Of a DNA stretch of 64,000 bases, positions 51,301-62,939 are shown piece after piece (within the stretch, counting starts at the first letter, position 1; each line of letters begins with the position of its first letter). The stretch comes from Actinomycetota bacterium (lineage in GTDB: Bacteria; Actinomycetota; Thermoleophilia; Gaiellales; F1-60-MAGs149). The translations under genes were made by a program, and so were the position numbers. Under the pieces are notes generated by a model, which did not search any database, had not been told where the DNA came from, and was given only the letters and a program-made list of their open reading frames with translations. Location: positions 10,785 through 74,784 of the forward strand of contig JAPLCF010000031.1 of NCBI GenBank assembly GCA_026392355.1. The letters run 5' to 3'.

Positions 51301-54300
51301 GTCGTCGATTGAGTACACGCTGACGTTCTCTGAGTCGGTCACGGGTGTGGCTGCCGGTGACTTCACGCAGACGGGTACGGCGACGGGCTGTGTCTTCGCG
51401 CCGGGCACCGACTCGGGCAACACGCGCACGGTCACGCTGACGAGCTGCTCGGGGGGCACCGTGATTCCGCACTTCGCCGCGAATGGCGCGACCGATGCGG
51501 CTGGCAATACCGGTCCGGCGACGATCGCTGACGGGCCGACGATTACGCGCGACATCACGGCGCCGACGGTGTCGTCGTTCACGGCGGTCACGGCGACGCC
51601 GACGAATGCCACATCGCTGTCGTACACGCTGACGTTCTCCGAGGCCGTGACCGGTGTCGCGGCGGGCGACTTCTCGAATACGGGTTCGGCGACGTCGTGC
51701 GCCTTTGATCCGGGGACCGACTCGGGCACGTCGCGCACCATCACCGTGACCGGCTGCTCTGAGGGCACCGTCATCCCCCGCCTCGCGGTGGGCGCGGTGG
51801 TTGATGCGGCATCGAACACCGGCCCGGCGTCGGCTGCCACCGGAGCGACGATTACGCGTGACACGACGGCGCCGACCGTGTCGTCGTTTACCGCTGTAAC
51901 CTCGTCGCCGACGAACGCGGCCTCTGTTGTCTTCACGTTGACGTTCTCGGAAGCGGTCACGGGCGTGGCGGCGGGCGACTTCTCGAACACGGGCACGGCG
52001 ACGGGCTGCTCGTTCTCGGCTGGTACCGACTCGGGCGCGTCGCGCACGGTCACGATCAGCAGCTGCTCGGAGGGCACCGGGCCGCGGCGGCGACCTCCGG
52101 CACCACGATCACGATCGACCGCACCGCACCGACGGCAGCGATCACGGCCGTCACCGCGACGCCGACCAACGCCACGTCGGTCGTCTACACGCTGACGTTC
52201 TCCGAGTCGGTCACGGGCGTCGCGGCCGACGACTTCACACAGACGGGCACGGCGACGAACTGCGTGTTCGCGCCGGGCACCGACTCGGGCAACACGCGCA
52301 CGGTCACGCTGACGAGCTGCTCGGCGGGCACGATCATCCCGCACATCGCCGCGAACGGTGCGACCGATGCGGCGGGTAACACCAGCCCGACCACGATCGC
52401 CGACGGTCCGACGATCACGCGCGATACGACCGCGCCGTCGGTGTCGTCGTTCACGGCGGTGACCGCGTCGCCGACGAATGCGACGTCGCTCAGCTATACG
52501 CTGACGTTCTCCGAGGCGGTCACGGGTTTGGCGGCTAGCGACTTCTCGAATACGGGTTCGGCAACGTCGTGCGCCTTCGATCCGGGGACCGACTCGGGCA
52601 CGTCGCGCACCGTCACCGTGACCGGCTGCTCTGAGGGCACCGTCATTTCGCGCCTCGCCGTCAACGCGGTCACGGACGCGGCCGGTAACACTGGCCCGGC
52701 TTCGGCTGCCACCGGAGCGACGATCACGCGTGACACGACCGCGCCGACCGTGTCGTCGTTCACGGCTGTGACTGCGTCGCCGACCAACCTTTCATCGCTC
52801 ACGTACACGCTGACGTTCTCCGAGTCGATCACGGGTGTCGCGGCCGGGGACTTCTCGAACACGGGGACCGCGACGTCGTGTGTGTTCGCGCCGGGTACGG
52901 ATTCGGGTACGTCGCGCACGGTGACTGTGAGCGGCTGCTCCGAAGGTACGATCGTTCCGCGTTATGCGGCCGATGGTGCGGCTGATGCGGCAGGCAACAC
53001 CGGCCCGGCGGCGGTGGCTGACGGCGCGACGATCACGCGCGATGCGAGCGCGCCGACGGTGTCGTCGTTCACCTCGGCCGTGTCGTCGCCGACGAACGCG
53101 TCGAGCATCGCCTACACGCTCACCTTCTCCGAGGCGGTCACGGGTGTGGCGGCCGGCGACTTCTCGAACACGGGTACGGCGATGTCGTGCGCGTTCGCGC
53201 CGGGCACCGATTCGGGTGCGTCGCGTACCGTCACGATCACGGGCTGTGGCGAGGGCACGATCGTCCCGCGCTTCGCCGCCAATGGCGCTGCTGATGCGGC
53301 TGGCAATAACGGTCCGGCTGCGGTCGCCGATGGCTCGACGATCACGCGCGACATCACGGCGCCGACGGTGTCGTCGTTCACGGCGGTCACCGCGTCGCCG
53401 ACGAATGCGACGTCGCTCAGCTACACGCTGACGTTCTCTGAGGTGGTCACGGGTGTCGCGGCGGGCGACTTCTCGAATACGGGCACGGCGACGTCGTGCG
53501 CGTTCGACCCTGGCACCGACTCGGGCTCGTCGCGCACGGTGACCGTGACCGGCTGCTCCGAAGGCACGGTCATTCCGCGTCTCGCCGTCAACGCGGCCAC
53601 GGACGCGGCCGGCAACACCGGGCCGGCCTCGGCCGCGACAGGCGCCACGATCACTATCGATCGCACAGCCCCGACCGTGTCGTCGTTTACCAGCGCGCAG
53701 GCCGCGCCGACGAGTGCCTCCTCGATCGTCTACACGCTGACGTTCTCGGAAGCGGTCACGGGCGTGGCGGCGGGCGACTTCTCGAACACGGGCACGGCGA
53801 CGGGCTGCTCGTTCTCGGCTGGTACCGACTCGGGCGCGTCGCGCACGGTCACGATCAGCAGCTGCTCGGAGGGCACCGGCAGCGATCACGGCTGTCACCG
53901 CGACGCCGACCAACGCCACGTCGGTCGTCTACACGCTGACGTTCTCCGAGTCGGTCACGGGCGTCGCGGCCGGCGACTTCACGCAGACGGGCACGGCAAC
54001 GGGCTGCGTGTTTGCTCCCGGCACCGACGCGGGGGCGATCCGCACCGTCACGCTGACGAGCTGTTCGGCCGGCACGATCATTCCGCACTTTGCCGCGAAC
54101 GGTGCGACCGACGCCGCGGGCAACACCGGCCCGGCCACGATCGCCGACGGGCCGACGATCGCGCGTGACGCCGCGGCCCCGACCGTGTCGTCGTTCACGG
54201 CCGTCACCTCGTCGCCGACAAACGCGGCCTCGATTTCGTACACGCTCACGTTCTCGCGCGCCGTGACGGGCGTCGCCGCCGGCGACTTCTCTAACGCCGG

Positions 54301-57300
54301 CACCGCCGCGTCGTGCGTGTTCAGTCCGGGCACGGACTCCGGCACGTCGCGCACCGTCACGATCACGGGCTGCGGTGAGGGCACGATCATCCCACGCTTC
54401 GCCGCGAACGGCGCGACCGACGCCGTCGCCAATACGGGCCCGGCAACAGCAGCCGATGGTGACACGGTCACGCGTGACATCACGGCGCCCACGGTGTCGA
54501 CCTTCACGGCCGTCACCTCGTCGCCGACCAACGCCTCGACGCTGACGTACACGCTCACGTTCTCCGAGTCGGTCACGGGTGTGGCCGCCGGCGACTTCTC
54601 GCAGACCGGCACGGCGACGGGCTGCAGCTTCTCGCCGGGCACCGACTCCGGCGCCTCGCGCACGGTGACGATCACGGGTTGCGGCGAGGGCACGATCATT
54701 CCGCGCTTCGCCGCCGGTGGTGCCAACGATCTCGCGTCGAACGGTGGCCCGGCAGTCGCAGCGACGGGTGCGACGATCACACGCGACACGACGGCCCCGA
54801 CGGTAACTGCCTTTACCAGCGCCCAGGCAACGCCGACCAACGCGACGAGCTTCACGTTCACCCTCACGTTCTCGGAGTCGGTCACAGGTGTCGCGGCGGG
54901 CGACTTCTCGAACACCGGCACGGCGGCGTCGTGCACCTTCGCGCCGGGCACCGACGCGGGCGCATCGCGCACCGTTACGATCACAAACTGCACCGCTGGC
55001 ACGGTGATCCCGGAGTTCGCCGTCGGCGGCGCGAGCGACGGTGCGGGCAACACCGGCCCGGCCACCGCCGAGACGTCCACGACGACGATCACGGTCGACC
55101 GCACCGCGCCGACGGCGACGCTGACGGCTGTCACCGCATCGCCGACCAACGCGACCGCGCTCACGTACACGCTCACGTTCTCGGAGTCGGTCACGGGCGT
55201 GGTCGCCGCTGACCTATCGAACACCGGCACGGCAACGGGCTGCGTCTTCGACCCCGGTACCGACTCGGGTGCTTCGCGCACGGTCACGATCACGAGCTGC
55301 TCCGAGGGCACGCTGGTGCCGCGCTTCGCCGTCAACGGCGCGACCGATGCGGCCGGCAACACGGGCCCGGCTACGGCTGCCACGGGCTCGAGTATCACCA
55401 TCGATCGCACGGCGCCGACGGTGTCGGGCTTCTCGTCCGCCCAAGCTTCGCCGACGACGGCCGCGAGCTTCACCTACACGCTCACGTTCTCCGAGTCGGT
55501 CACCGATGTCGCTGCTGGCGACTTTGCGAACTCGGGCACGGCGACGGACTGCGTGTTCGCGCCGGGCAACGATACGGGTGCGTCGCGTACGGTCACGATC
55601 ACCGGCTGCTCCGAGGGCACCGTGACGCCGCAATTCAGTGCGGGTGGTGCCGTTGACGCGGCCGCCAACACCGGACCGGCCGCAGTCGCGAACGCCACCA
55701 CGACGATCACGCGCGACGTCACCGCCCCGGCGGTTGTCTCGCTCGTTGCGGTCACCGCCTCGCCGACCAACGCGACGACGCTCACGTACACGCTCACGTT
55801 CTCCGAGCTCGTCACGGGCGTTGCGGCTGCAGACTTCACCAACACGGGTACGGCGACGGGCTGCGTCTTCGCGCCGGGCGCAGACTCGGGCGCAACGCGC
55901 ACGCTGACGGTCACGAGCTGCTCCGATGGCACGGTGATCCCGCGCTTCGTCGCCGGCGGCGCGGCCGACCTCGCGGGCACCGCGGGCCCGGCCTCGGCCT
56001 TCACTGGTGACACCATCCTCCGCGATGCCGTTGCGCCGACGGTTTCGTCCTTCACCGCTACCACCGCGACGCTCACGAACGGTGCGAACGTGGTCTACAC
56101 GCTCACGTTCTCCAAGAACGTCACCGGCGTCGCGGCGGCCGACTTCTCCAACGCGGGTACCGCCGCCGGCTGCGTCTTCAACCCCGGCACCGACTCGGGC
56201 TCGACGCGCACCGTCACGGTGACGGGCTGCACCGACGGCACGGTAATCCCGCGCTTCGCCGCGAACGGCGCCACCGACGGCGCCAACACCGGCCCGGCCA
56301 CGGCCGCCGACGGCACGACCGTCACGCGCGACACCGTGGCGCCGACCCTTGCCGCGATCGGCGTGAACGGCACCGAGGACACGACGCTGACGTTTACGCA
56401 GTCTGCGTTCGCAGCCGCCTACGCCGACGCGCGCACGTCGACGCCGACGACGATCACCATCGCCGGCCTGCCGTACACCGGCACGCTCAGCCTGTCGGGT
56501 ACGCCGGTCACCAGCGGCCAGGTGATCCCGTACGCCAGCCTCGGCTCGCTCACCTACGCGCCAGTCGCCAACGCCAACGGTGCGATCGCCTTCACCGTCT
56601 CCGCGTCCGACGGCCTCAACAGCTCGTCGCCGGCCACGACCGTCACGATGACGCTCGCCGCCGTCAACGACACGCCGACGCTGGCCACACCGACCACTCT
56701 CGCGTACACGGACACGACCGCGAACGACACCTTCACGAATGGCACCGACACGCTCGCAGGTGCCGACGTCGACACGGGGGACACGCTGCTCTACGGCATC
56801 CAGGGCGTCACCCCGGCCGCGACCGTGACGAGCACCGGCACGTACGGCACGCTCACCGTCACCCGCGCCACCGGGGCGTACGTGTTCACGCCGAACCGCG
56901 CCGCGATCAACGCCCGCACCACGGATACGTCGGAGACGTTCACCGTAACGGTCTCGGATGGCACGGCCTCGACGACCGCCGTACTCACTGTCTCGATCAC
57001 CGCGGCCAACGACGCGCCGACGCTGGCAACGCCGACGGCTGCCACGTACACCGACACGACTGCGGTCGATTCGTTCGCCAACGCCACGGGCACGCTCGTC
57101 GGCGCCGACCGCGACACGGGCGCGACGCTTGCGTACTCGATCGCCAGTGGCACAAACGCGAGCGCCACTATCGGCGGCGTCACCTACGACCGTGCCCGCA
57201 CTGGCACCTACGGCACGCTCCGCGTCGATTCCGCGACCGGCGCCTACGTCTTCGTGCCCGACGCCAGCGCGATCAACGGCGTCGCCACCGACACAACCGA

Positions 57301-60300
57301 GAGCTTCACCGTCCGCGTCGGTGACGGCACGGCCACCACCGACGCAACCTTCACGGTCACGATCACCAGCGCCAACGACCGCCCGGTCGTGGCAGCGCCG
57401 ACCGGTGGCACGGTCACCGACACCGCGGCTGTGGACACGTTCGCGAACGTCACCGGCACGCTGTCGGCGACCGACGCCGAGGGTACGACGCCGGCGTTTG
57501 GCATCCAGGGCATCACGCCGGCCTCCGGCAGCTCCGTCATCGACGGGGCCTACGGCACGCTGACGGTGCTCAGCGGCGGCGGCTGGACGTACACGCCGGA
57601 TGCCGCGGCGATCAACGCGTTGTCGGCTAACGCCTTCGACGCCTTCACCGTGACGGCCTCGGACGGCTCGCTCGCTGGCACCGCAACGCTGACCATCTCG
57701 ATTGTCGGCGTTAACGACCGCCCGGTCATGCCCGTGCCGACCGGCGCCACCATCGTCGACACCGCGGGGTCCGACACGTTTACGCCCGTGACCGGCGCCG
57801 TCACCTCGACCGACGCCGAGGGCACAGCGCGGACGTACGGCATCGACAACGGTTCGGGTACCGTCACGACACTCGTCGGCACGTACGGCACGCTGGTGAT
57901 CGACGCCAGTGCCGGCACCTGGACGTACACGCCGAACGCCACGGCCATCAACGCGCGTCCGACCGACGCCACCGACGCCTTCACGGTTACGGCGACCGAC
58001 AGCGTGCTGACTGCCTCACGCACCCTCACGATCTCGATCACCGGCGTCAACGACACGCCGATCCTCGCCGCACCGACCGGTGGTGTGGTGCGCGATAACG
58101 ACTCCAACGGCCCGTTGCCCGAGCTGTCGGCCTCGCTGTCGGCTACCGACGCCGAGGGCAGCGTGCTCTCCTACGGCATCGTCTCGGGCGGCAGCACCGT
58201 CACGAGCCTCGCGGGCGCGTACGGCACGCTCAACATCGTCGCGGCGACGGGTGTCTGGACGTACACCCCGGACGACACTCTGGTGCGCGCGCTTGTCGGG
58301 CTTGCGCTTGAGCCCTTCACCATCAACGTGACCGATGGCTCGGCCACAGCCTCGCTGCCAATGACAATCTCGCTGATGGGCATCAATAACCGCCCGGTGC
58401 TGAGCGCCCCGAGCGGTGGGTTCCTGTCTGACACGAGCGGCGCCGACACGTATCCGACGCCGCTGACCGGCAACCTGGTCTCCACCGATTCGGACTTCAA
58501 TACCGTCGCCTACGGCATCGATGGCGTCACCCCGGCGCTCGGACTCAGCACCAGTGTTGGCTCGTACGGCACTCTCGTCGTCAACGGCACGACCGGCGTC
58601 TGGGAGTACACCCCGAACGCCGCGGCGGTCAATGCCCTGGCGGCGAGCGCCACTGACATCTTCACGGTGACGGCTGGCGACGGCACTCTGACGGCTCAGC
58701 GCGCACTCGTCATCTCGATCGCGGCGACGAACGACCGGCCGTTGCTCAACCCCATTACCGGCCCGACGTATACCGATACCGCCGCGGCCGACACGTTCTC
58801 GAACGCCACCGGCACGTTCAGCTCGAGCGACGCCGAGGACACCGCGCGCACCTATGACGCGACGGGCGCGACCGCTTCGGCGCAGACGATCGGCGGCGTC
58901 TCCTACACCCGCGTGATCGTCGGCACGTACGGCACGCTGCGGCTCGTGCCCGGCACGGGGCAGTACGTCTACGTGCCGAACGATGACGCGATTAACGCGC
59001 TGGCATCAAACGCCACCGATGTCTTCACTGTCTCGGCGTCCGACGGCTCGCTCAGCGCGTCACGCACGCTGGTCGTCTCGATCACGGGTACCGACGACAC
59101 GCCGACCCTCGCCGCGCCGTCGTCGATGGCGATCACCGACACCGCGGCCGCCGACACATTCCCCGCCGAGTCCGGCGTGCTGGCGGGCGCCGACGCGGAG
59201 AGCGCGCCGCTCACCTACGGCATCGCCTCGGGCACGGACAATGGCGCGACCGTCTCCATCGCCGGCACGTACGGCACGCTGGCCCTGCGCAAGTCGAATG
59301 GCGCGTATACCTACACGCCGAACGACACCGCCGTCAACGCGCTTGCCACGAACGCGACCGACGCATTCACCGTGCGCGTCAGCGACGGCAACCTCGCCGC
59401 CAACCGCACGCTGACCGTCGCGATTACGGCGACGCGCGAGACGCCCGTCGTCACGTGGGCGGACCCGACGTCGATCGCGTACGGCACGGCGCTCTCCGCG
59501 ACGCAGCTGAACGCCACGGCGGCCGCCTACGCGGGCTCCGTCCCGGGCACCGTCACCTACGCAGAGGGTGCAACCGCTCGCGCCGCCGGCGACGTGCTCG
59601 CCGTGGGCACCCACACGCTCGTCGCCACCTTCACCCCGACCGATACGGCGACGTACACGACGGCGACCGACACCTCGAACGTCGTGGTGGTGCGCGCCGA
59701 CCAGACAATCATCGCGCAGGCCGCCGCGACCTCGCTCACCTACGGCGGCGCGGGCACGACGCTGTCGGCGACATACACTGGTCCGCATGGCGCCGGCCTC
59801 GTCACGTACGCCGTCGTTTCGGGCCCGTGCTCGATCACGGGTGCCAACCTCACGGTGACGGGCGCCGGCACCTGCCAGGTGACCGCCTCGATCGCGCAGG
59901 ACGGCAGCTACAATGCGGCCACGTCGGCGCCGATCGCGATCACGGTCGCCAAGGCGACGCTGACGGTCACGGCGCAGAACGCCCAGAAGCGCGTGACGAC
60001 GCCCGATCCGTCGCTCACCTACCTCGTGACGGGCTACGTCGGCAGTGATGGCCTGCCGTCGATCGACGTCTCCGGGCTCACCGCCCAGCGCACGGTGGGG
60101 GAGACGGTCGGCACCTTTGCGATCGGCTTCTCCGGCACCGCGACGGCGGCCAACTACGACTTCGCCTACGTCGGCGGCATCTTCACGATCATCGACAAGG
60201 ACGTGCCTGCGATCGCCTGGAGCACGCCCGCAAACATCACGTACGGCACGGCGCTGAGCGCCACCCAGCTGAATGCCGGCGCCTCCTTCGGCGGCAACCC

Positions 60301-62113
60301 GATCCCGGGTACCTTCGCGTACGCCATCGGCAACACGCCAGTCGCCAACGGCACCTTGCTCACGGCCGGCAGCCGGGTCGTGACCGCCACCTTCACGCCG
60401 ACCGACACCGCGACCTACGCCAGCGGCATCACGGCGCAGGTGACGCTCACCGTCGATCGCAAGCCGCTGACGGTGACCGGCGTGACCGCGCCCGACAGGG
60501 CCTTCGACGGCACCGCGGTCGCAGCGCTCGATCTGTCTGCCGCCACGCTCGTCGGCATCGTCGGCAGCGACGCCGTCACGCTCGACAGCAGCGCTGCCGT
60601 CGGGGCCTTCGCCTCGCCTGAGGTGGGGACGGCCCGCGCGGTAGCCGTCACCGGCCTCGCGCTGCTCGGCGCTGATCGCGCGCAGTACCTCCTCACGCAG
60701 CCGAGTGCGACCGCGACGATCAACGCGACCGTACCAGGCCTACCGTCGTCGGTTTCCGCAGCCGCCGGCGATGCCCGCGTGACGGTTGAGTGGTCCGCGC
60801 CGGCCTTCACCGGCGGCACGCCGATCACCGGGTACACGGTCACTGCTTCCCCGGGCGGCCGCACCTGCACGTGGACGTCGGGTCCGCTGACGTGCGCGAT
60901 CACCGGCCTGACCAATGGCACCGCGTACACGTTCACGGTTCGTGCCACCAACGCCGTTGGCACGGGTGCAGTGTCGAGCGCCTCGACGGCGGTCACGCCG
61001 AGCGCACCAGTCACGTCACCGCCACCCGCAGCGCTTGACGATTCCGCCACCGTGGATCCGAATGGTTCGGCTGTGGTGCAGGTCGGTTGCGCCGCCTCCG
61101 CCCGCGCGTGCACTGCCACCGTGACGATGTTCATCGGCGGTACGCAGATTGCCACCAGCAAGAAGCAGATCGCCGCCGGGCAGACACAGAACGTTGCCCT
61201 GGCGCTGCCGCTCAAGCTCCAGCGCAAACTCGCAGCCAATGGGATCCTCAGCGTCACCGTGGTCACGACGATCGACATCGATGGCTCGCAGGTGCGCGTC
61301 CAGTCGACGATCGAGCTGACGGCACCGCCAGCGCAGGCGGTGCGTTCAGCGTCGCTGAAGGCCAACGCCGATGGCTCGGCCGTCGTCACCGGCCAGTGCG
61401 CGGGCTCTGTGGTCACTCGCTGTGATGGCACGATCACGCTCTATGGCGATCCATCAGTGTTGGACGCCCGTGCCGCACGTATCTCGCGCGCCAACGAGCG
61501 CGTGGTGATCGGCACGGCTAAGTTCGCCGGCGCCGCTGGCACGGCAGTCACCGCCAAGACTGCGCTCTCCGCTGCTGGCCGCAAGCTCCTGCAGAAGCGC
61601 GGCGCCGTGCGCGTCACGCCGGTCATGACCTTCACGGGTGGGACACGGCTCGACAACGAGCTCGCGGGCTTCACGCTGTCGATGATGAATACCGAGCAGT
61701 GGCTGCGGCGCGCGATGGCGACGCTGTACGTCGGTGGCCAGCCGCGTATGGACCTCAACATCCTGCTCGATCAGGCGAAGCGTCGCGCAGTGCCGTGGAA
61801 CGTGGCGGCGAACCGCATCGAGAACACGATCATCCCGCAGCGCGAGCGCGCTCGTCAGCGCGTGGCGGCTCTTCCCACGCCGCCGGCCTCACTGCAGCCG
61901 ATTGTGACGCTGCTGCTGCGCGCGTTCAACCAGTCGCTGCAGGCGAACCACGCCTACGTCGACTGGCTGCGCTCGGGTCGCGCCGCCGACGACAAGGGGT
62001 GGCGCATCAGCCTCCGCGCGACTGCGACGAAGACGACGCTGCTGCGGCGCCTGGCCGCTGCGGGCAAGCCGTACGGCATTGGTGTGCCGAGCGCCACCAA
62101 CTTCTGGCCGTAG
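48380..62113 (+). CDS. Giant (~4,600 aa) secreted repetitive adhesin/S-layer-like protein, split into three ORFs by frameshifting junctions at ~52078 and ~53878
   Basis: Signal peptide; LamG (~48530-49170), glycine-rich domain (~49200-49990), LamG (~50020-50680), ~18 Ig-like repeats, 8 VCBS-type repeats, MBG/YDG-like domains, FN3 (~60730-61000), C-terminal module. ORFs 48380-52195, 52264-54168 and 54008-62113 carry the same repeat in successive frames. Confidence 0.85.
50936..56345 (+). repeat. About 18 tandem ~306-312 bp coding repeats (Ig-like, two conserved Cys)
   Basis: Consensus D.TAPTVSSFTAVT.SPTNA.S..YTLTFSE.VTGVAAGDFSNTGTAT.C.F.PGTDSG.SRTVT.TGC.EGT.IPRFA..GA.D.AGNTGPA. Confidence 0.9.
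56665..59435 (+). repeat. Eight VCBS-type coding repeats
   Basis: ND.P.L..PT....DT...DTF....G.L...DAE, GTYGTL.....G.(W/Y).YTP...AIN, D.FTV...DG. Confidence 0.85.
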
Positions 62114-62155
62114 TCGGGCTGGGTATCCTCGGTCGGTGAGCGGCGGCGACTGACG

Positions 62156-62821
62156 ATGGGTGGCGTGCTCGCAGAGACCGTGCCGCTCGCGCTGGCTGGA
62201 GCGATCAGTCCGCTGGCACTGCTTGGCGCACTTGTGCTCCTGGCCGGGCGCCGTCCAATCTTGCGTTGCGGGCTCTACACCGCGGGCATCATCACGATGA
62301 CGACGCTGTTCTTCGCCGCGGTCTACATTGCGCTGCGCCTCGATCTGACCGGTGAGTCGGGGCACCAGGGCCTGCTCTCGTCGCAGGCCGCGCAGATCGT
62401 GATCGCACTGTTTCTCTTCATCACGGCCGCGTTTTTCTTCTTCAAGGCGCCGAGCCCGGAATCGCAGCAGAAGGCCCTGCAGCGAATCGACAGCCCGCGC
62501 ATTCCGACGATCGCGTTCTTCCTCGTCGGCATGGTCATGATGTGGTTCTCGGCGTCATTCGTCGTGATCGTCGCCATCGTGCATCGGCTGTCCGTCGCGG
62601 GCATGCCGCTGCAGGACAACGTCGTCGTGCTCGTGATCTCGATCCTGATCACGGCGCTCCCGGCGCTGATTCCGTTTACCGCCGCGCTGGTCGGCGGCGA
62701 CGGAGCGCGGGGGAAGCTTGAGCAGCTTGGCCGCTGGACCACCATCAATGGGCGCTACATCCTCGGCGTGATGATGCTCGTGCTCGGCACGCAGGACCTG
62801 CTCTCCGCCTTCGGGCACTGA
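62156..62821 (+). CDS. GAP/Sap-family (glycolipid-addressing) membrane protein
   Basis: PLALAGAISP..L...LVLL N-terminus, 6 TM, KL..L.RW...N C-terminal motif. Confidence 0.75.
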   Translation: MGGVLAETVPLALAGAISPLALLGALVLLAGRRPILRCGLYTAGIITMTTLFFAAVYIALRLDLTGESGHQGLLSSQAAQIVIALFLFITAAFFFFKAPSPESQQKALQRIDSPRIPTIAFFLVGMVMMWFSASFVVIVAIVHRLSVAGMPLQDNVVVLVISILITALPALIPFTAALVGGDGARGKLEQLGRWTTINGRYILGVMMLVLGTQDLLSAFGH

Positions 62822-62939
62822 TGCCCGTGGGCGCTTGCTACGCCGTGCGGTAGGCGCGCCCACAAACCCCCATGGTTATGCGGTGGCGGGGGGCTACCCC
62901 CCCGCCTAAAACGGTCGTTCCACAATACAATTTTGGCTA

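Noticed and set aside
50936-59435. Tandem repeats as a CRISPR array or DGR template/variable repeat
   Set aside because: These are ~300-bp in-frame coding modules with mostly synonymous differences; no spacers, cas genes, reverse transcriptase or adenine-specific mismatch pattern.
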